Assembly (NCBI GenBank): GCA_048885865.1
Contig: JBHLLF010000002.1
Span: forward strand, 32,001 to 96,000
Source of the DNA: Candidatus Hermodarchaeota archaeon
Lineage (GTDB): Archaea > Asgardarchaeota > Thorarchaeia > Thorarchaeales > Thorarchaeaceae
Direction of reading: 5' to 3'
DNA: 64,000 nt
Shown here: piece by piece, positions 28,138 to 38,446 of the stretch
Layout of the letters: every line of letters starts with the position of its first letter
Position numbering within the stretch: the stretch's first letter is position 1
Program-made: the position numbers and the translations under genes
Notes under the pieces: model-generated
Told to the model about the DNA's origin: nothing
The model's database searches: none
The model's input: the letters and a program-made list of their open reading frames with translations, nothing else

Positions 28138-28246
28138 AGCTAAAACTGCAATTTGGCATGCGAGCTACATATGCCGAGTTCATTAGGCAAAAGCATATCA
28201 GAGTCGTAGCCTGAACGACCAAAGAGTCCATCTAGAGGGTACACCA

Positions 28247-31200
28247 ATGCTCAGACACTATCTAATCCTTGGATTGTTCATTGTTTCTCTAGTTGTCCCA
28301 GCGACTCCCACTGATGGAGCTGCCTATTTCAAGCCGTATTCAGCTGGTCCCTCTATAGGATCTCAACTCAAGATGGATCTTTCGGAAAGCACTGTTGCCC
28401 AAGAAAGCCGTCGCGCGATTCTGCAGTTTGATCATCAATTGTCTGATCAAGAGATAGAATTTGCTGAGTCTAAGGGTGTTGAGTTCGTAAAAGGAGGTGG
28501 CTCCATTGTCAATGTTGGAAGAGTCTACTCTGCTCGAGCCAGCAGTCTAGCGTCACTTCAAGCACTTTCTGAAATTGGGCTCTTGCGAGCCTCTTCCGGC
28601 GAGAAACAGTATGTTCCCTCTTTGATATCATCCGTTCCTGCCACAAAGGCTCCCGATGTCTGGGCCTATCTAAATGAGAATGGCAACAGTATCAATGGAA
28701 CAGGAGTGACTGTTGCTGTGATCGATACAGGCGTCAATATGAATCATCCTAGCTTCTGGCGGCAGTCTGGAGGGCCATACCATGTCCTTGATGAAGTCGA
28801 TGGATACTATGTTGATGTCGATGGCGATTTATCTCCTGATGCCGATGAAGGTCCAATCAGTCACATAGACCTCCAGAATCCCTCCACTATAGAGTGGGCG
28901 AATGAGTACATGTTTATTGATATTGATGGGAATAATGTCTTCGAGTATGATGAAGGTGACCGCTGGCTTGGTGGAATAGATGTCAATACCAATGGACGTA
29001 TTGACTTACCTTCCGAGGAGGTTGTCATATTCGGAGAGTCAAAAATCGCTCTTCTCTACGACCAGGAAAATGGTCATGTCTATGAGAGGGGAACGAACCT
29101 CACCACAATGGGTATTTTTGTGACTGACTCCAACGGACACGGAACACACGTGTCATCAACAGTAGTGGGTGGCCAGCCTGGATATACGAGCTATGTTGGA
29201 GTCGCTCCAGGTGCAGACCTGATTGCTATTGCGAGTCCACTGAAATCAAGTGATATACTGGACGCGATTCACTTCGCTGTGGAGAATGGTGCAGATATCA
29301 TCAACATGTCCTTCTCAAGCTACCTTGGATTTCTAGATGGAACAGATATTGAGGACCTGGCAGTTACTGAAGCGTTCCTACAATACGGTGTTCTCAGTAC
29401 TGCTGCGGCGGGAAACCTTGGAAACTCAATGACAACTCCGAAGCATGCATACTTCACAGTTCCAGCTGGAAGCAACGCAAGTGCAGGTCTAACGGTTGGC
29501 ACGCCTCCTGATGCCTCGTTTATCAGCTTCCTATGGAGAAGCACCGACCGAGATGAGCATGTCTTCTTGAAGACCCCAAGTGGTGCAACGATAGATACCG
29601 GTCAATTCTCATCGATAGATGGAAGCTCTTTTGTAATTGAAGAACCAGAACTCCACGCATATGCTTTCGCAGAAACTAGTCTTCGTGGTATGCGCAATCT
29701 TCTAATTCAGGTGTCTGAGGATGATCATAACTGGACCTCTGGTTCATGGTCAGTTGGACTTACAAATCCGACGGGCGCAATGATTACAGTAGATGCCTAT
29801 GCATGGGACAATGTGTGGACTGGTCCGAATCTGCGATTCACAACTCAAATCGAAAACACTAGAACGATCAGTTCCCCGGGTACCGCAGACCTCGCGGTAA
29901 CTGTAGGTTGCTATGATGATGGAACGAGTGGATTATACTCGTCAACAAGTAGAGGTCCACGGATTGATGGGGCAAAAACAATCACTGTCGCAGGGCCAGG
30001 AGCAAATATCTACGCCGCATCTGAGACTATTTCCAATCTCTGGATTACGCGGAGTGGCACAAGCATGGCAAGTCCTCATGTTGCCGGAGTTCTTGCACTA
30101 ATCAGGCAGGCCTCTCCTGAAAAGAGTGCTTGGTCTGATCTTACCGCTCTTACAGCCGGTGCAGGCGCCCAGGAATCCCACTACAATCCAGCAGATGATG
30201 CATGGGGATATGGACCTGTGGACTCTGTCTGGGCTGTCAGGCATGTGCTCGGTTCGCCGATAACTTATGGTATGAGTCTTGCAGAATGGACCGGCTATGA
30301 CAATATCCTTACCTCTAATACTGACCTCTCTCTTGGCGGAGACCTTGACATTCTGAGTATAAAGGCACATCAGAGTACTGACCGCTTGGTCATAGCAGCT
30401 ACAATGAGATCTGCTGCTGACTTCGAGGGTGACAATGTCCTAACCCTACATTGGGATACGGATTCAGAGCTCACTACTGGTCTACAGGGAGCCGATATCC
30501 AGGTGAATCTCACAAGCGGAATTGCCACGGCATACAGATGGAATGGGTCCGACTATTCGCCTGCAGCTCTGTCTGTAGATCGATGGACTGACTCACAGAC
30601 AGCCTTCATTAGCATAGAGAAAAGCAGCGCTGATGTTCGTGGCAGAATCTTTGTTTCAACTAGCAATCTCACGATATCTCCTGCGGATCAGACTGGTTTC
30701 GCAGTACTGACGAATCAATGGAGGCCTTTGGTTTCATCCCTCGAAGTTGAATTGATGGATGATATTTTCGATGTTGCAATCAAAATGTCAGATCGTGATG
30801 ATTCGGTCCAGTCTTTCACAATCCAATGGCGGGTCTTGGATGAGAACTATGCAGTTATCAGCACGAATCTAGAAACTGGACAAGAGAATGCCACTGTTGA
30901 GATCCAAGTGGATTTACAGAGCTACAATCATCCATACTCCATTTTCTTCAATGTAAGTGATTCTCATTATACAGCTAATCTGCCACCTGTACTTCTGGCT
31001 GCAGAGATTACTACTCTTCGAATCTCTAGTGCATCAATTGACCAAGAGGAAGTTCGTATTGGCCCATTTCTAATCGCCCGGATAACAGGGGAGATCGTCG
31101 TAGAAGGTTACATCCTAGCAGATAGAATCTGGATAAGCTTCCAGCGCTCTGGAAGTGCAGGTCTGAATTTCACATTGAATGGAGCCGGAGGGATTTATCC

Positions 31201-31417
31201 TATTGACATAGTGCCTTCATCATTTATCGCAGGCGAATACCATGTTTATGCTGCCGCTTCTAGTATCACTGGGCAATCAGTAGAGTTACATATCGGCACG
31301 TTGCTCATTATAGAAGACAATTCGATGATTGTTCTACTTGCCGGAGTAGCTATTGGAGTAATTGTCATTCTATACTACGTCCCCCGGGCAATCTCTCGAA
31401 GAAGAGGTGATGCATAA
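28247..31417 (+). CDS. Secreted, C-terminally anchored S8 subtilase (paralogue of 13618..16290)
   Basis: IDTG, HGTHV, AAGN, GTSMASPHVAG; C-terminal TM followed by RRR. Confidence 0.93.
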   Translation: MLRHYLILGLFIVSLVVPATPTDGAAYFKPYSAGPSIGSQLKMDLSESTVAQESRRAILQFDHQLSDQEIEFAESKGVEFVKGGGSIVNVGRVYSARASSLASLQALSEIGLLRASSGEKQYVPSLISSVPATKAPDVWAYLNENGNSINGTGVTVAVIDTGVNMNHPSFWRQSGGPYHVLDEVDGYYVDVDGDLSPDADEGPISHIDLQNPSTIEWANEYMFIDIDGNNVFEYDEGDRWLGGIDVNTNGRIDLPSEEVVIFGESKIALLYDQENGHVYERGTNLTTMGIFVTDSNGHGTHVSSTVVGGQPGYTSYVGVAPGADLIAIASPLKSSDILDAIHFAVENGADIINMSFSSYLGFLDGTDIEDLAVTEAFLQYGVLSTAAAGNLGNSMTTPKHAYFTVPAGSNASAGLTVGTPPDASFISFLWRSTDRDEHVFLKTPSGATIDTGQFSSIDGSSFVIEEPELHAYAFAETSLRGMRNLLIQVSEDDHNWTSGSWSVGLTNPTGAMITVDAYAWDNVWTGPNLRFTTQIENTRTISSPGTADLAVTVGCYDDGTSGLYSSTSRGPRIDGAKTITVAGPGANIYAASETISNLWITRSGTSMASPHVAGVLALIRQASPEKSAWSDLTALTAGAGAQESHYNPADDAWGYGPVDSVWAVRHVLGSPITYGMSLAEWTGYDNILTSNTDLSLGGDLDILSIKAHQSTDRLVIAATMRSAADFEGDNVLTLHWDTDSELTTGLQGADIQVNLTSGIATAYRWNGSDYSPAALSVDRWTDSQTAFISIEKSSADVRGRIFVSTSNLTISPADQTGFAVLTNQWRPLVSSLEVELMDDIFDVAIKMSDRDDSVQSFTIQWRVLDENYAVISTNLETGQENATVEIQVDLQSYNHPYSIFFNVSDSHYTANLPPVLLAAEITTLRISSASIDQEEVRIGPFLIARITGEIVVEGYILADRIWISFQRSGSAGLNFTLNGAGGIYPIDIVPSSFIAGEYHVYAAASSITGQSVELHIGTLLIIEDNSMIVLLAGVAIGVIVILYYVPRAISRRRGDA

Positions 31418-31419
31418 AA

Positions 31420-32703
31420 ATGAAAATCGCAATCATTGGATACGGTCCTGGAGGTGTTGCGGCAGCTACAGCCGCCAAGACTTTTGATCCAAGTTCAGAG
31501 ATTGTTATCATAACAGATGAAACACTTCCAGCACATAAGAAACCCGGCGCCACGATGGCTCTTGAACATCCTGAAACCCGTGAGCTCGAGATTCGTGATT
31601 GGTCATATGATTCACTCAAGAACAGAGGGATTGAGGTCAAAACTGGTGTGAAAGTAGTTGGCGGTGACTTGGATGAGAAGAGCTTGGACCTCGTTTCAAG
31701 TGATGGGAAGTCCTCATCCATTCAATACGATCGTTTGATTATTGCGACAGGTGGAGTTCCTTCTATACCTGAGTTGCCTGGTAGAGATCTTCCGGGAGTT
31801 TACACAATCCAGTCGATGGCAGAAACGTCTGCAATAGGCAAGGAGCTGAACAAAGCAGACACTGTTGCTATTGTAGGTGCTGGATTCAGCGGACTTGAAA
31901 CGGCAGAACGCCTTCAAAAAATGGGAAAGGAAGTTCATCTCGTTATCAGATCCAGACTAATGAGAAAGCAGCTGGAGGAAGATATGAGTGAAGAGCTATT
32001 GTCGCGTATTCCTCGTGGAATTAAACTACATCTTGGTTCCGCTCCTACATCAATTATTGGTACAGAACATGTAACTGGAATTGAAGTTGGCGGGAACACG
32101 ATAGACACTAGCATTGTCCTATTCATGACTGGTGTTCGACCGAATTCTTCCTTAGCGGAGAAGCTTGGTCTCAAGATTGGTGCACTAGGCGGTATTGCCA
32201 TCAACAATCTAACTGAAACGAGCAAAGATGGAGTATTCGCAGTTGGCGACTGTGTTGAGATGACTGATTCTCTGACCGGCACTCCTCGACTAATGCCAAT
32301 TGGTAGCACAGCTGCAAGGGCAGGAAGGCAAGCGGGTGTCGCAGCAGTGGGCCGAAACAAGGTGTACAATGACACATCAATATTGCTTCAATATGACCGA
32401 ATCTTCGACACCGATATTGTTTGTGTCGGTCATTCCACAACAAGTGCAAAGGATGCAGGTCTTGAAACTGAAGTCCGGTATCTGGAGGACTCTAATGAAG
32501 CGATGAAGGTTGCATTGGTGACTAACAAGGAAGGTCGCCTAATTGGGGGGCAGGTCATCTCGGCAAGAATGGGCGCTCGAGTAGGTTACGAGATACTCAA
32601 CAGAGTGGAGGCGGGCTCTACTCTTAATGAACGACCACTGCTTCAAGCCAGACACGACCAGATTCTATCTCTTTTGGAACGAACCTTTGGACCTATGAAA
32701 TAG
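31420..32703 (+). CDS. FAD/NAD(P)-dependent oxidoreductase (NADH oxidase/CoA-disulfide reductase-like)
   Basis: GYGPGG, ATG, GAGFSGLE, FAVGD. Confidence 0.85.
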   Translation: MKIAIIGYGPGGVAAATAAKTFDPSSEIVIITDETLPAHKKPGATMALEHPETRELEIRDWSYDSLKNRGIEVKTGVKVVGGDLDEKSLDLVSSDGKSSSIQYDRLIIATGGVPSIPELPGRDLPGVYTIQSMAETSAIGKELNKADTVAIVGAGFSGLETAERLQKMGKEVHLVIRSRLMRKQLEEDMSEELLSRIPRGIKLHLGSAPTSIIGTEHVTGIEVGGNTIDTSIVLFMTGVRPNSSLAEKLGLKIGALGGIAINNLTETSKDGVFAVGDCVEMTDSLTGTPRLMPIGSTAARAGRQAGVAAVGRNKVYNDTSILLQYDRIFDTDIVCVGHSTTSAKDAGLETEVRYLEDSNEAMKVALVTNKEGRLIGGQVISARMGARVGYEILNRVEAGSTLNERPLLQARHDQILSLLERTFGPMK

Positions 32704-35590
32704 AAGGCGGAGGAGTGTACTCATCCGGCTGCGGCTCTGGCTGAAACTCAATCATTCTCCGTCGTTTTGGCTTCCTTCGGATAATTGCAACATATAGAAG
32801 TGACACGCCTACCACGCCTAGCAAGCTGAAAGTCACCACATTGATGAACAAATCATCAGCTGGGTCAAGTGGAACAAGAAATAGCTTGTTGAAGGTCTTG
32901 ACATTGTCATCAGCATCAGTCGCAACTATGGTGACCTCAAAGAAACCGCCGCTTGAAAGGATGAAGTCTGTCGAATACTTGTATCCCAATGACTCTGTTA
33001 TACTGCCCGTAATATCTTCACCATTGGGACCAATGATAGTGATTGTGACATCCACTAGATCGTCGTCGAACACATACGTTGTCAAATTCGCGAGCTCTCC
33101 TATGCGATCAGTATCAAGGTCGACATCATAGATGCGTGGAGTCGCAGATTGAATGGCAGCAGCTAGATTCCTGAGCAGGATCAGGTTGTCTGCCTCTCCA
33201 CGAATAGCATCATACAGGATATCATCATACAGAGTGGAGCCGTCAGAGATTACAATCACTTTTCCTTCACCTGATTCAGCAACAGCTACAATGGCTTCCG
33301 TCTTGGCAGCATCCAGCCAGAAGAGTCCCCTGGCTCCCGCCACAGACGTATCGACCTTTAGAGTACTCCCCCATAGGACGTAAAGATTTGAAACCCCGTC
33401 CATTAGAGGATCTGTTTCTACTGCTCCTCCGAAATCCTCTCCGTAGAAGGCTCCTGTGAATGTGTTAGGACCTTCCCCAATCCCTTCTCTTAGGCATTCG
33501 ATTCCATATGGCTCTAGAATTCTATTGTAGTCAGCAAACCCAAATGAGGCCTGTCCAGTGGTTTCGTTGTAGTATTCGGAGAGCATAATAAGAGTCCCAC
33601 CCTGTTCTACAAAATCATGCAAAGCCTGAATCTCACCTGAGCCATAGGCTGTTTCTGTGTCCATGATCATGAAAGCTTCAGTTGTTGCCAGATCACTGAG
33701 CATTATGCTTGGCTGGTTAAAGAAAGACTCTCCACCGAATTGGTCCAAGACTACTCCCCGCTCTCGAAGATAGTCCTGAAAGTATCTGTATGCCGATGGG
33801 TCATCAATGTCCTCATCATGATGAGCCATGTCAACAAGAAGCCGACCACCATACGTAGTGATTGAGAACTCGATTTCAAGACTCGTGTGGTTCAATCCGC
33901 CAGAGGCAAGTTTCAGCTCTCCCGAATAATATCCTATTGAGCTGAGGGGAAGATCGCTCTGTACGTCGAGTCCGATTGAGAGATAACTGTAGCCTGTCCC
34001 CACCTGAACCTGGCTCTGTCCAGTTCTCACAAACTGACTGGCATTTCCTTCAACAATTACGTCTACAGTTCCTAGGGAATGAGTCGAGATGATGGTAATA
34101 TTCTGTTCTGGTCGATCCTCTCCTACAATCTGGACAGATGATGTACCGGGCAAAGTAGGATACTTCCGAGGTGTCATTATTGTGAGTTCACCAGAACCTG
34201 CTGCTATTATCTCAGAAGAAAGCGTGACATTCGGCAATCCCCATCCCTGCTCCATTGAATCTGCTCCAAGGTCAGTTGCCCCGGCCATCAACGCAATCTT
34301 GGCTTCAGTTGGAGTAAGACCGGGATGCTTCTGTATCAGCATTGCAACAAGTCCAGCAACTTGAGGTGCTGATGCTGAGGTGCCAGACCACTGTGTATAT
34401 TGGTTTCCATATTCTGACTGTTCGTATATTGGATACTCAAACGGATCGGACCCGCTCCACCGTGCTGATACAACCGATGACCCGGGCGCTACAACGTCTG
34501 GCTTTGCATGAAGACCTAGGGGATCATTAATATTCCTCTCAACTGGCCCCCTACTGCTAAATGCTACTACCCCTGTGGAACCAGCAGATGCTCCTACCGT
34601 TATTGCTTCTTGGGTAATTCCCGGCGTGTTTATGGTGAACGAGGCAGGGCCTGAATTACCTGCCGCCACAGCAACAGAAACTCCAGCAACCACCGCGGCT
34701 TTGATAGCCAAAACAGACGGCTCAATAATGAATTGACTCTCAGTCCAAGGTCCGCCTAGACTAAGGCTGATGACATCAACTCCTTGGTCAACTGCGAACT
34801 CAATACCTTCTGCAATGACAGAGTCCGCTCCCGAACCATCACTCTCCAGTACCTTGATTATCAAGAGGTCGGCTCCTGGAGCGGTTCCAGTAAAATTGCC
34901 TCCACTCGCCGCGCCTGAACCTGCAGCGTTCGAAGCGACCACGGTCCCATGTCCGTTGTCATCATAAGCATCGATTCCGTCACTCGGATTCATATCTGAC
35001 CCAAGTCCAATGAAATCTCTGAAACCTATTAGCTGTCCCTGAAGATCGGGATGGTCTCCTTGGGCGCCGCTATCAAGTATAGCTATCGTTGTTCCATTGC
35101 CGTAATAGCCCTCTGCCCACATCTTCATAGTATCAAGGGTTTCAGTAAAATGCTCATAATCTAGGTCCTGACTTATTGTGTGATACTCAATTGGCTCATC
35201 TATCAATACCTGTTTCTTTGCATCCAGAGAGATACCTTGGACGGAATGGAGACTAGACAGAGCCTCAATCTCGATCGCAGATGCATAGAGCGACACCGCC
35301 GGAATTAGATGAAACACATGGCGCACTTCAATGCCATTAAGACCTAGACTGGCAATTGCCATACTAATACTGTCTGTTGAGGTTCCTTCAGGGAAATATG
35401 CCATAATTGGCAGCTTCTCTCCGGTTGACGCGTCGTCTATTGCCGCTGCAAGGAATGGATCAATGATTGGATTTGTTGAAGCCACCTTCTTCTTAGCATC
35501 CACTAGAATCAAAGATGTTGGCATCAACAACGTGAAGACCAAAAGAACTGCAAAGAGTCTTGTTTTGTAGCTGCGATGGTAGCTGACCAT
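32693..35590 (-). CDS. Membrane-anchored S8 subtilase with a GldG/DUF4350-like domain (site-1 protease-like architecture)
   Basis: Signal peptide from Met at 35590; LDSG, HGT, AAGN, GTSASAP; MDTETAYGSGEIQALHDFVEQGGTLIMLSEYYN; C-terminal TM and basic tail. Confidence 0.9.
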   Translation of the reverse strand: MVSYHRSYKTRLFAVLLVFTLLMPTSLILVDAKKKVASTNPIIDPFLAAAIDDASTGEKLPIMAYFPEGTSTDSISMAIASLGLNGIEVRHVFHLIPAVSLYASAIEIEALSSLHSVQGISLDAKKQVLIDEPIEYHTISQDLDYEHFTETLDTMKMWAEGYYGNGTTIAILDSGAQGDHPDLQGQLIGFRDFIGLGSDMNPSDGIDAYDDNGHGTVVASNAAGSGAASGGNFTGTAPGADLLIIKVLESDGSGADSVIAEGIEFAVDQGVDVISLSLGGPWTESQFIIEPSVLAIKAAVVAGVSVAVAAGNSGPASFTINTPGITQEAITVGASAGSTGVVAFSSRGPVERNINDPLGLHAKPDVVAPGSSVVSARWSGSDPFEYPIYEQSEYGNQYTQWSGTSASAPQVAGLVAMLIQKHPGLTPTEAKIALMAGATDLGADSMEQGWGLPNVTLSSEIIAAGSGELTIMTPRKYPTLPGTSSVQIVGEDRPEQNITIISTHSLGTVDVIVEGNASQFVRTGQSQVQVGTGYSYLSIGLDVQSDLPLSSIGYYSGELKLASGGLNHTSLEIEFSITTYGGRLLVDMAHHDEDIDDPSAYRYFQDYLRERGVVLDQFGGESFFNQPSIMLSDLATTEAFMIMDTETAYGSGEIQALHDFVEQGGTLIMLSEYYNETTGQASFGFADYNRILEPYGIECLREGIGEGPNTFTGAFYGEDFGGAVETDPLMDGVSNLYVLWGSTLKVDTSVAGARGLFWLDAAKTEAIVAVAESGEGKVIVISDGSTLYDDILYDAIRGEADNLILLRNLAAAIQSATPRIYDVDLDTDRIGELANLTTYVFDDDLVDVTITIIGPNGEDITGSITESLGYKYSTDFILSSGGFFEVTIVATDADDNVKTFNKLFLVPLDPADDLFINVVTFSLLGVVGVSLLYVAIIRRKPKRRRMIEFQPEPQPDEYTPPPSIS

Positions 35591-35766
35591 ATGTGTGTCC
35601 GTCCAAGCGGAACTTTTCCGGTATTCAGATAAGGGTTTTCTTGAGTGCCAGATGGTAGGAATGCTCCCAGCTCGGCTATGCCGAGAAATGAGAGTATAAC
35701 CATTTTTGCGTAATAATAGGTGAGGATGGGTCAGGAAGACTTGTCCTGAAAGAGGTGTTGTGTGAA

Positions 35767-36057
35767 ATGAGTACAAAACCGCGGATATACGAACGCCGAC
35801 TTCAAATCAAACATTTCTTTGACGATCGGGACACCGGTGCAAAGAGAAGGACTTGGCTTGAGGTTCAGCTTCAACCCCCGGAAAAGACCGAAGAGGGTTG
35901 GGTTAATGATGGGAAAATCCGCATTTCATTGGGTGAGGATCGCGATGTTAAGGGAGCTTTTCTTTTGAATATAGATGAGGCCAGCAGGCTATTCAAGACC
36001 CTTGAAACAATCGTTGAGGACCATGAAAGGATGAAGGGCGATCTCTGGAAGCGCTAG
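35767..36057 (+). CDS. Hypothetical protein, possible small nucleic-acid-binding beta-beta-beta-alpha fold
   Basis: GAGGTG RBS upstream; beta-strand pattern followed by an amphipathic helix. Confidence 0.65.
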   Translation: MSTKPRIYERRLQIKHFFDDRDTGAKRRTWLEVQLQPPEKTEEGWVNDGKIRISLGEDRDVKGAFLLNIDEASRLFKTLETIVEDHERMKGDLWKR

Positions 36058-36375
36058 ACGCTCGGATGGTTCTGTCCCTACATTCTCTGCAGTACAGAAC
36101 GCCATGATTTTCTATTTGTACCTAGATACCTAGAATATACCCCTCAAGAACGGGCTTCGGCCAAGAATGAAGGAGTATCTTCGGTACAGCTTTCAGAAGA
36201 TCCTGCTCAAAGACTAGATTGATTTTTGCAGAACACGAATATGACGCAACCTTGGAATAAATCATTCCCCATGTGTATTGAAGAGCACAGGCGGAGGCTT
36301 ATGTAACATATGCAATAATTCTAAGGGGAGTGGATTGAGTCGACTAAAGAGAGTAGGTCCATACTTGTTGTCATT

Positions 36376-38220
36376 GTGATTATGCTACTGTGGACAGCAT
36401 CCATTCCAATCCACGTATGGGCAGATCCAATTGATGAAGAAACGCTTGTTCCAACTAATGTTTCTGTTAGCGGGAGGATCACTGATAACTATGTAAATAT
36501 CACGTATCAGATGGTTTTCGACAATACTGAGTCTTCGCTTGCTCAAGAAGTTGACTGGTTCTTTGGTTTGCAGGACGGTATTAGGTTAAGCAACATCTCT
36601 GTCGTCCTTGGAAACAAAACGTATTGGGGTCGTGTCCTGCCTGAAGTTGAAGCAGTTGAAGTGTATAATGAGAGTGTTGCCTTAAATAGGAGTGCAGTCT
36701 TGGTCCGAAGGCACGCAGATGGATACTCAGTTCGGATGAATGTTGAGAGTAAAACAGAAGCAATTCTATCAGTCTTTATCGAAGGAATTCTCACAAGGCG
36801 TGTAGGGCTCTATAATTTCGATCTACCCCTTGGTAGGACAGGCGTCATTGATGTAGCATTCACTCTTGATATTGAGATCATATCCAATTTTGCTCCTGTT
36901 GCCGGATACTCAATTAAAGGACTTCCGAGCTTCGTGGCAACTGATTTGCCTAACGGAATCCGGCTAGAACATACCTCATCATCCTTGTCAATAGCTGAAG
37001 GTTTGAAAATCACTTATGCTCTAGATCGACAGACAGGTGGTGCTCAGCTTCTGACTCATACTAATGGATCGGATCAGTTCTTCGTATACATGCTTGCACC
37101 AGAGGTGACCGAAGTTGTTGAAACCGCACCTAGGCAGTATGTCTTTGTACTTGATAAATCAGGGTCCATGAGAGGATTGAAGATTGATCAAGCCAAGACA
37201 GCTTTCAGTTCAATGATTGGCACGTTACTCTCTCAAGACATCTTCAATATTGTCACATTTAATGATGAGATTTCAATCCTATGGGATGAACCACACTCTG
37301 CCTCCGCAAACAACATAGATGAAGCGCAGGAGTGGGTCCAATCCATTTCAGCTGGAGGATCCACCAATTTCCACGGAGCGGCAATAACAGGACTTGAAAC
37401 GTTCAATCTTGGCAATAATGTCAAGGCTATGTTGATCCTTTCAGATGGATTACCAACTGCTGGCGCGATTCAAGACACTCCGGGCATTCTATCGGCAATA
37501 ACTGAAGCTAATACGTTGGGTGTATCAATCTCAACCGTAGCATTTGGCTCAGATTCGGATGAAAACCTCATGGCCAACATTGCCGCAAACAATGATGGCT
37601 ATTTCGTATTCATCCACCCATCAGAAGATGCAAGCACAGAACTACTAGACTTCTATCGCCTGTTTTCAACTCCAATTGCAGACGATTATAGTATTGTCTT
37701 TGATGGAGCTATTGAGGTAACCTCCTTGTCTCCGCTTCATGAATCACCTTTCTTCAATGGGACTGAGGTCATCATCACAGGACGATATATCGAGGGGATA
37801 ACTGTCACAACATCCATTGATTATGTTACTGGAACGGAAACCTATGTAGACACAGTCGGAGTTTCTATGAATGATAAACCCCATGTCGAGTATATATGGG
37901 CTCAACAAAGAGTTTCATACCTATTGCATCAAATCTTATTACATGGTGAGAATGAAACACTCAGAAATGAAATTGTACAATTAGGTATGCATTATGGACT
38001 AGCAATAGCAGGATACACTGCTATAGTTTTAGTAGCATATGATGCATCATCAGCGGGAGAAGGCTTGATTGCCAGTCTCTATCCTCCTACAACAGCTGCA
38101 TACAGAGGACAACCACCAGCCCTTGAGGTGTATTCAGTCAATATGGTGCTTCCGATTTTGTTCAGTGGAATTGGATTAGTTGTGATTGTTCTCCTTATCT
38201 CCAAATTCAGGAGAGATTAG
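36376..38220 (+). CDS. VIT plus vWA domain membrane-anchored protein (inter-alpha-trypsin inhibitor-like)
   Basis: FVLDKSGSM MIDAS, GGSTN, LSDG; N-terminal VIT; C-terminal TM. Confidence 0.9.
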   Translation: MIMLLWTASIPIHVWADPIDEETLVPTNVSVSGRITDNYVNITYQMVFDNTESSLAQEVDWFFGLQDGIRLSNISVVLGNKTYWGRVLPEVEAVEVYNESVALNRSAVLVRRHADGYSVRMNVESKTEAILSVFIEGILTRRVGLYNFDLPLGRTGVIDVAFTLDIEIISNFAPVAGYSIKGLPSFVATDLPNGIRLEHTSSSLSIAEGLKITYALDRQTGGAQLLTHTNGSDQFFVYMLAPEVTEVVETAPRQYVFVLDKSGSMRGLKIDQAKTAFSSMIGTLLSQDIFNIVTFNDEISILWDEPHSASANNIDEAQEWVQSISAGGSTNFHGAAITGLETFNLGNNVKAMLILSDGLPTAGAIQDTPGILSAITEANTLGVSISTVAFGSDSDENLMANIAANNDGYFVFIHPSEDASTELLDFYRLFSTPIADDYSIVFDGAIEVTSLSPLHESPFFNGTEVIITGRYIEGITVTTSIDYVTGTETYVDTVGVSMNDKPHVEYIWAQQRVSYLLHQILLHGENETLRNEIVQLGMHYGLAIAGYTAIVLVAYDASSAGEGLIASLYPPTTAAYRGQPPALEVYSVNMVLPILFSGIGLVVIVLLISKFRRD

Positions 38221-38446
38221 TACCTACTCATATAGAGTCAGAGCGATTCGTTCCCGTATTCACAATGACCTTCAGATTACCTCGTTTTGCATGTGATAGA
38301 CTGCTGCGATTTTGGAACTGAATCGGAAATGCTACGAGTCGCACCAACTCTCCAAAGCTAGGGGGATTTCCTGTTTGGGATAATACCCAGAATATACTTA
38401 TTCAGCGATTTTCATCATATTCTCCAGCGTAACAGGAGGATATGCT

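Noticed and set aside
35591-35776. N-terminal extensions of ORF-track calls (also 19212-19304, 56068-56178, 62742-62984)
   Set aside because: They overlap promoters or neighbouring genes; downstream starts with RBS or homology-consistent N-termini fit better
36058-36375. Longest intergenic gaps (also 38221-38446, 39506-39785) as ncRNA or tRNA
   Set aside because: No cloverleaf, T-loop consensus or convincing structure was found by eye
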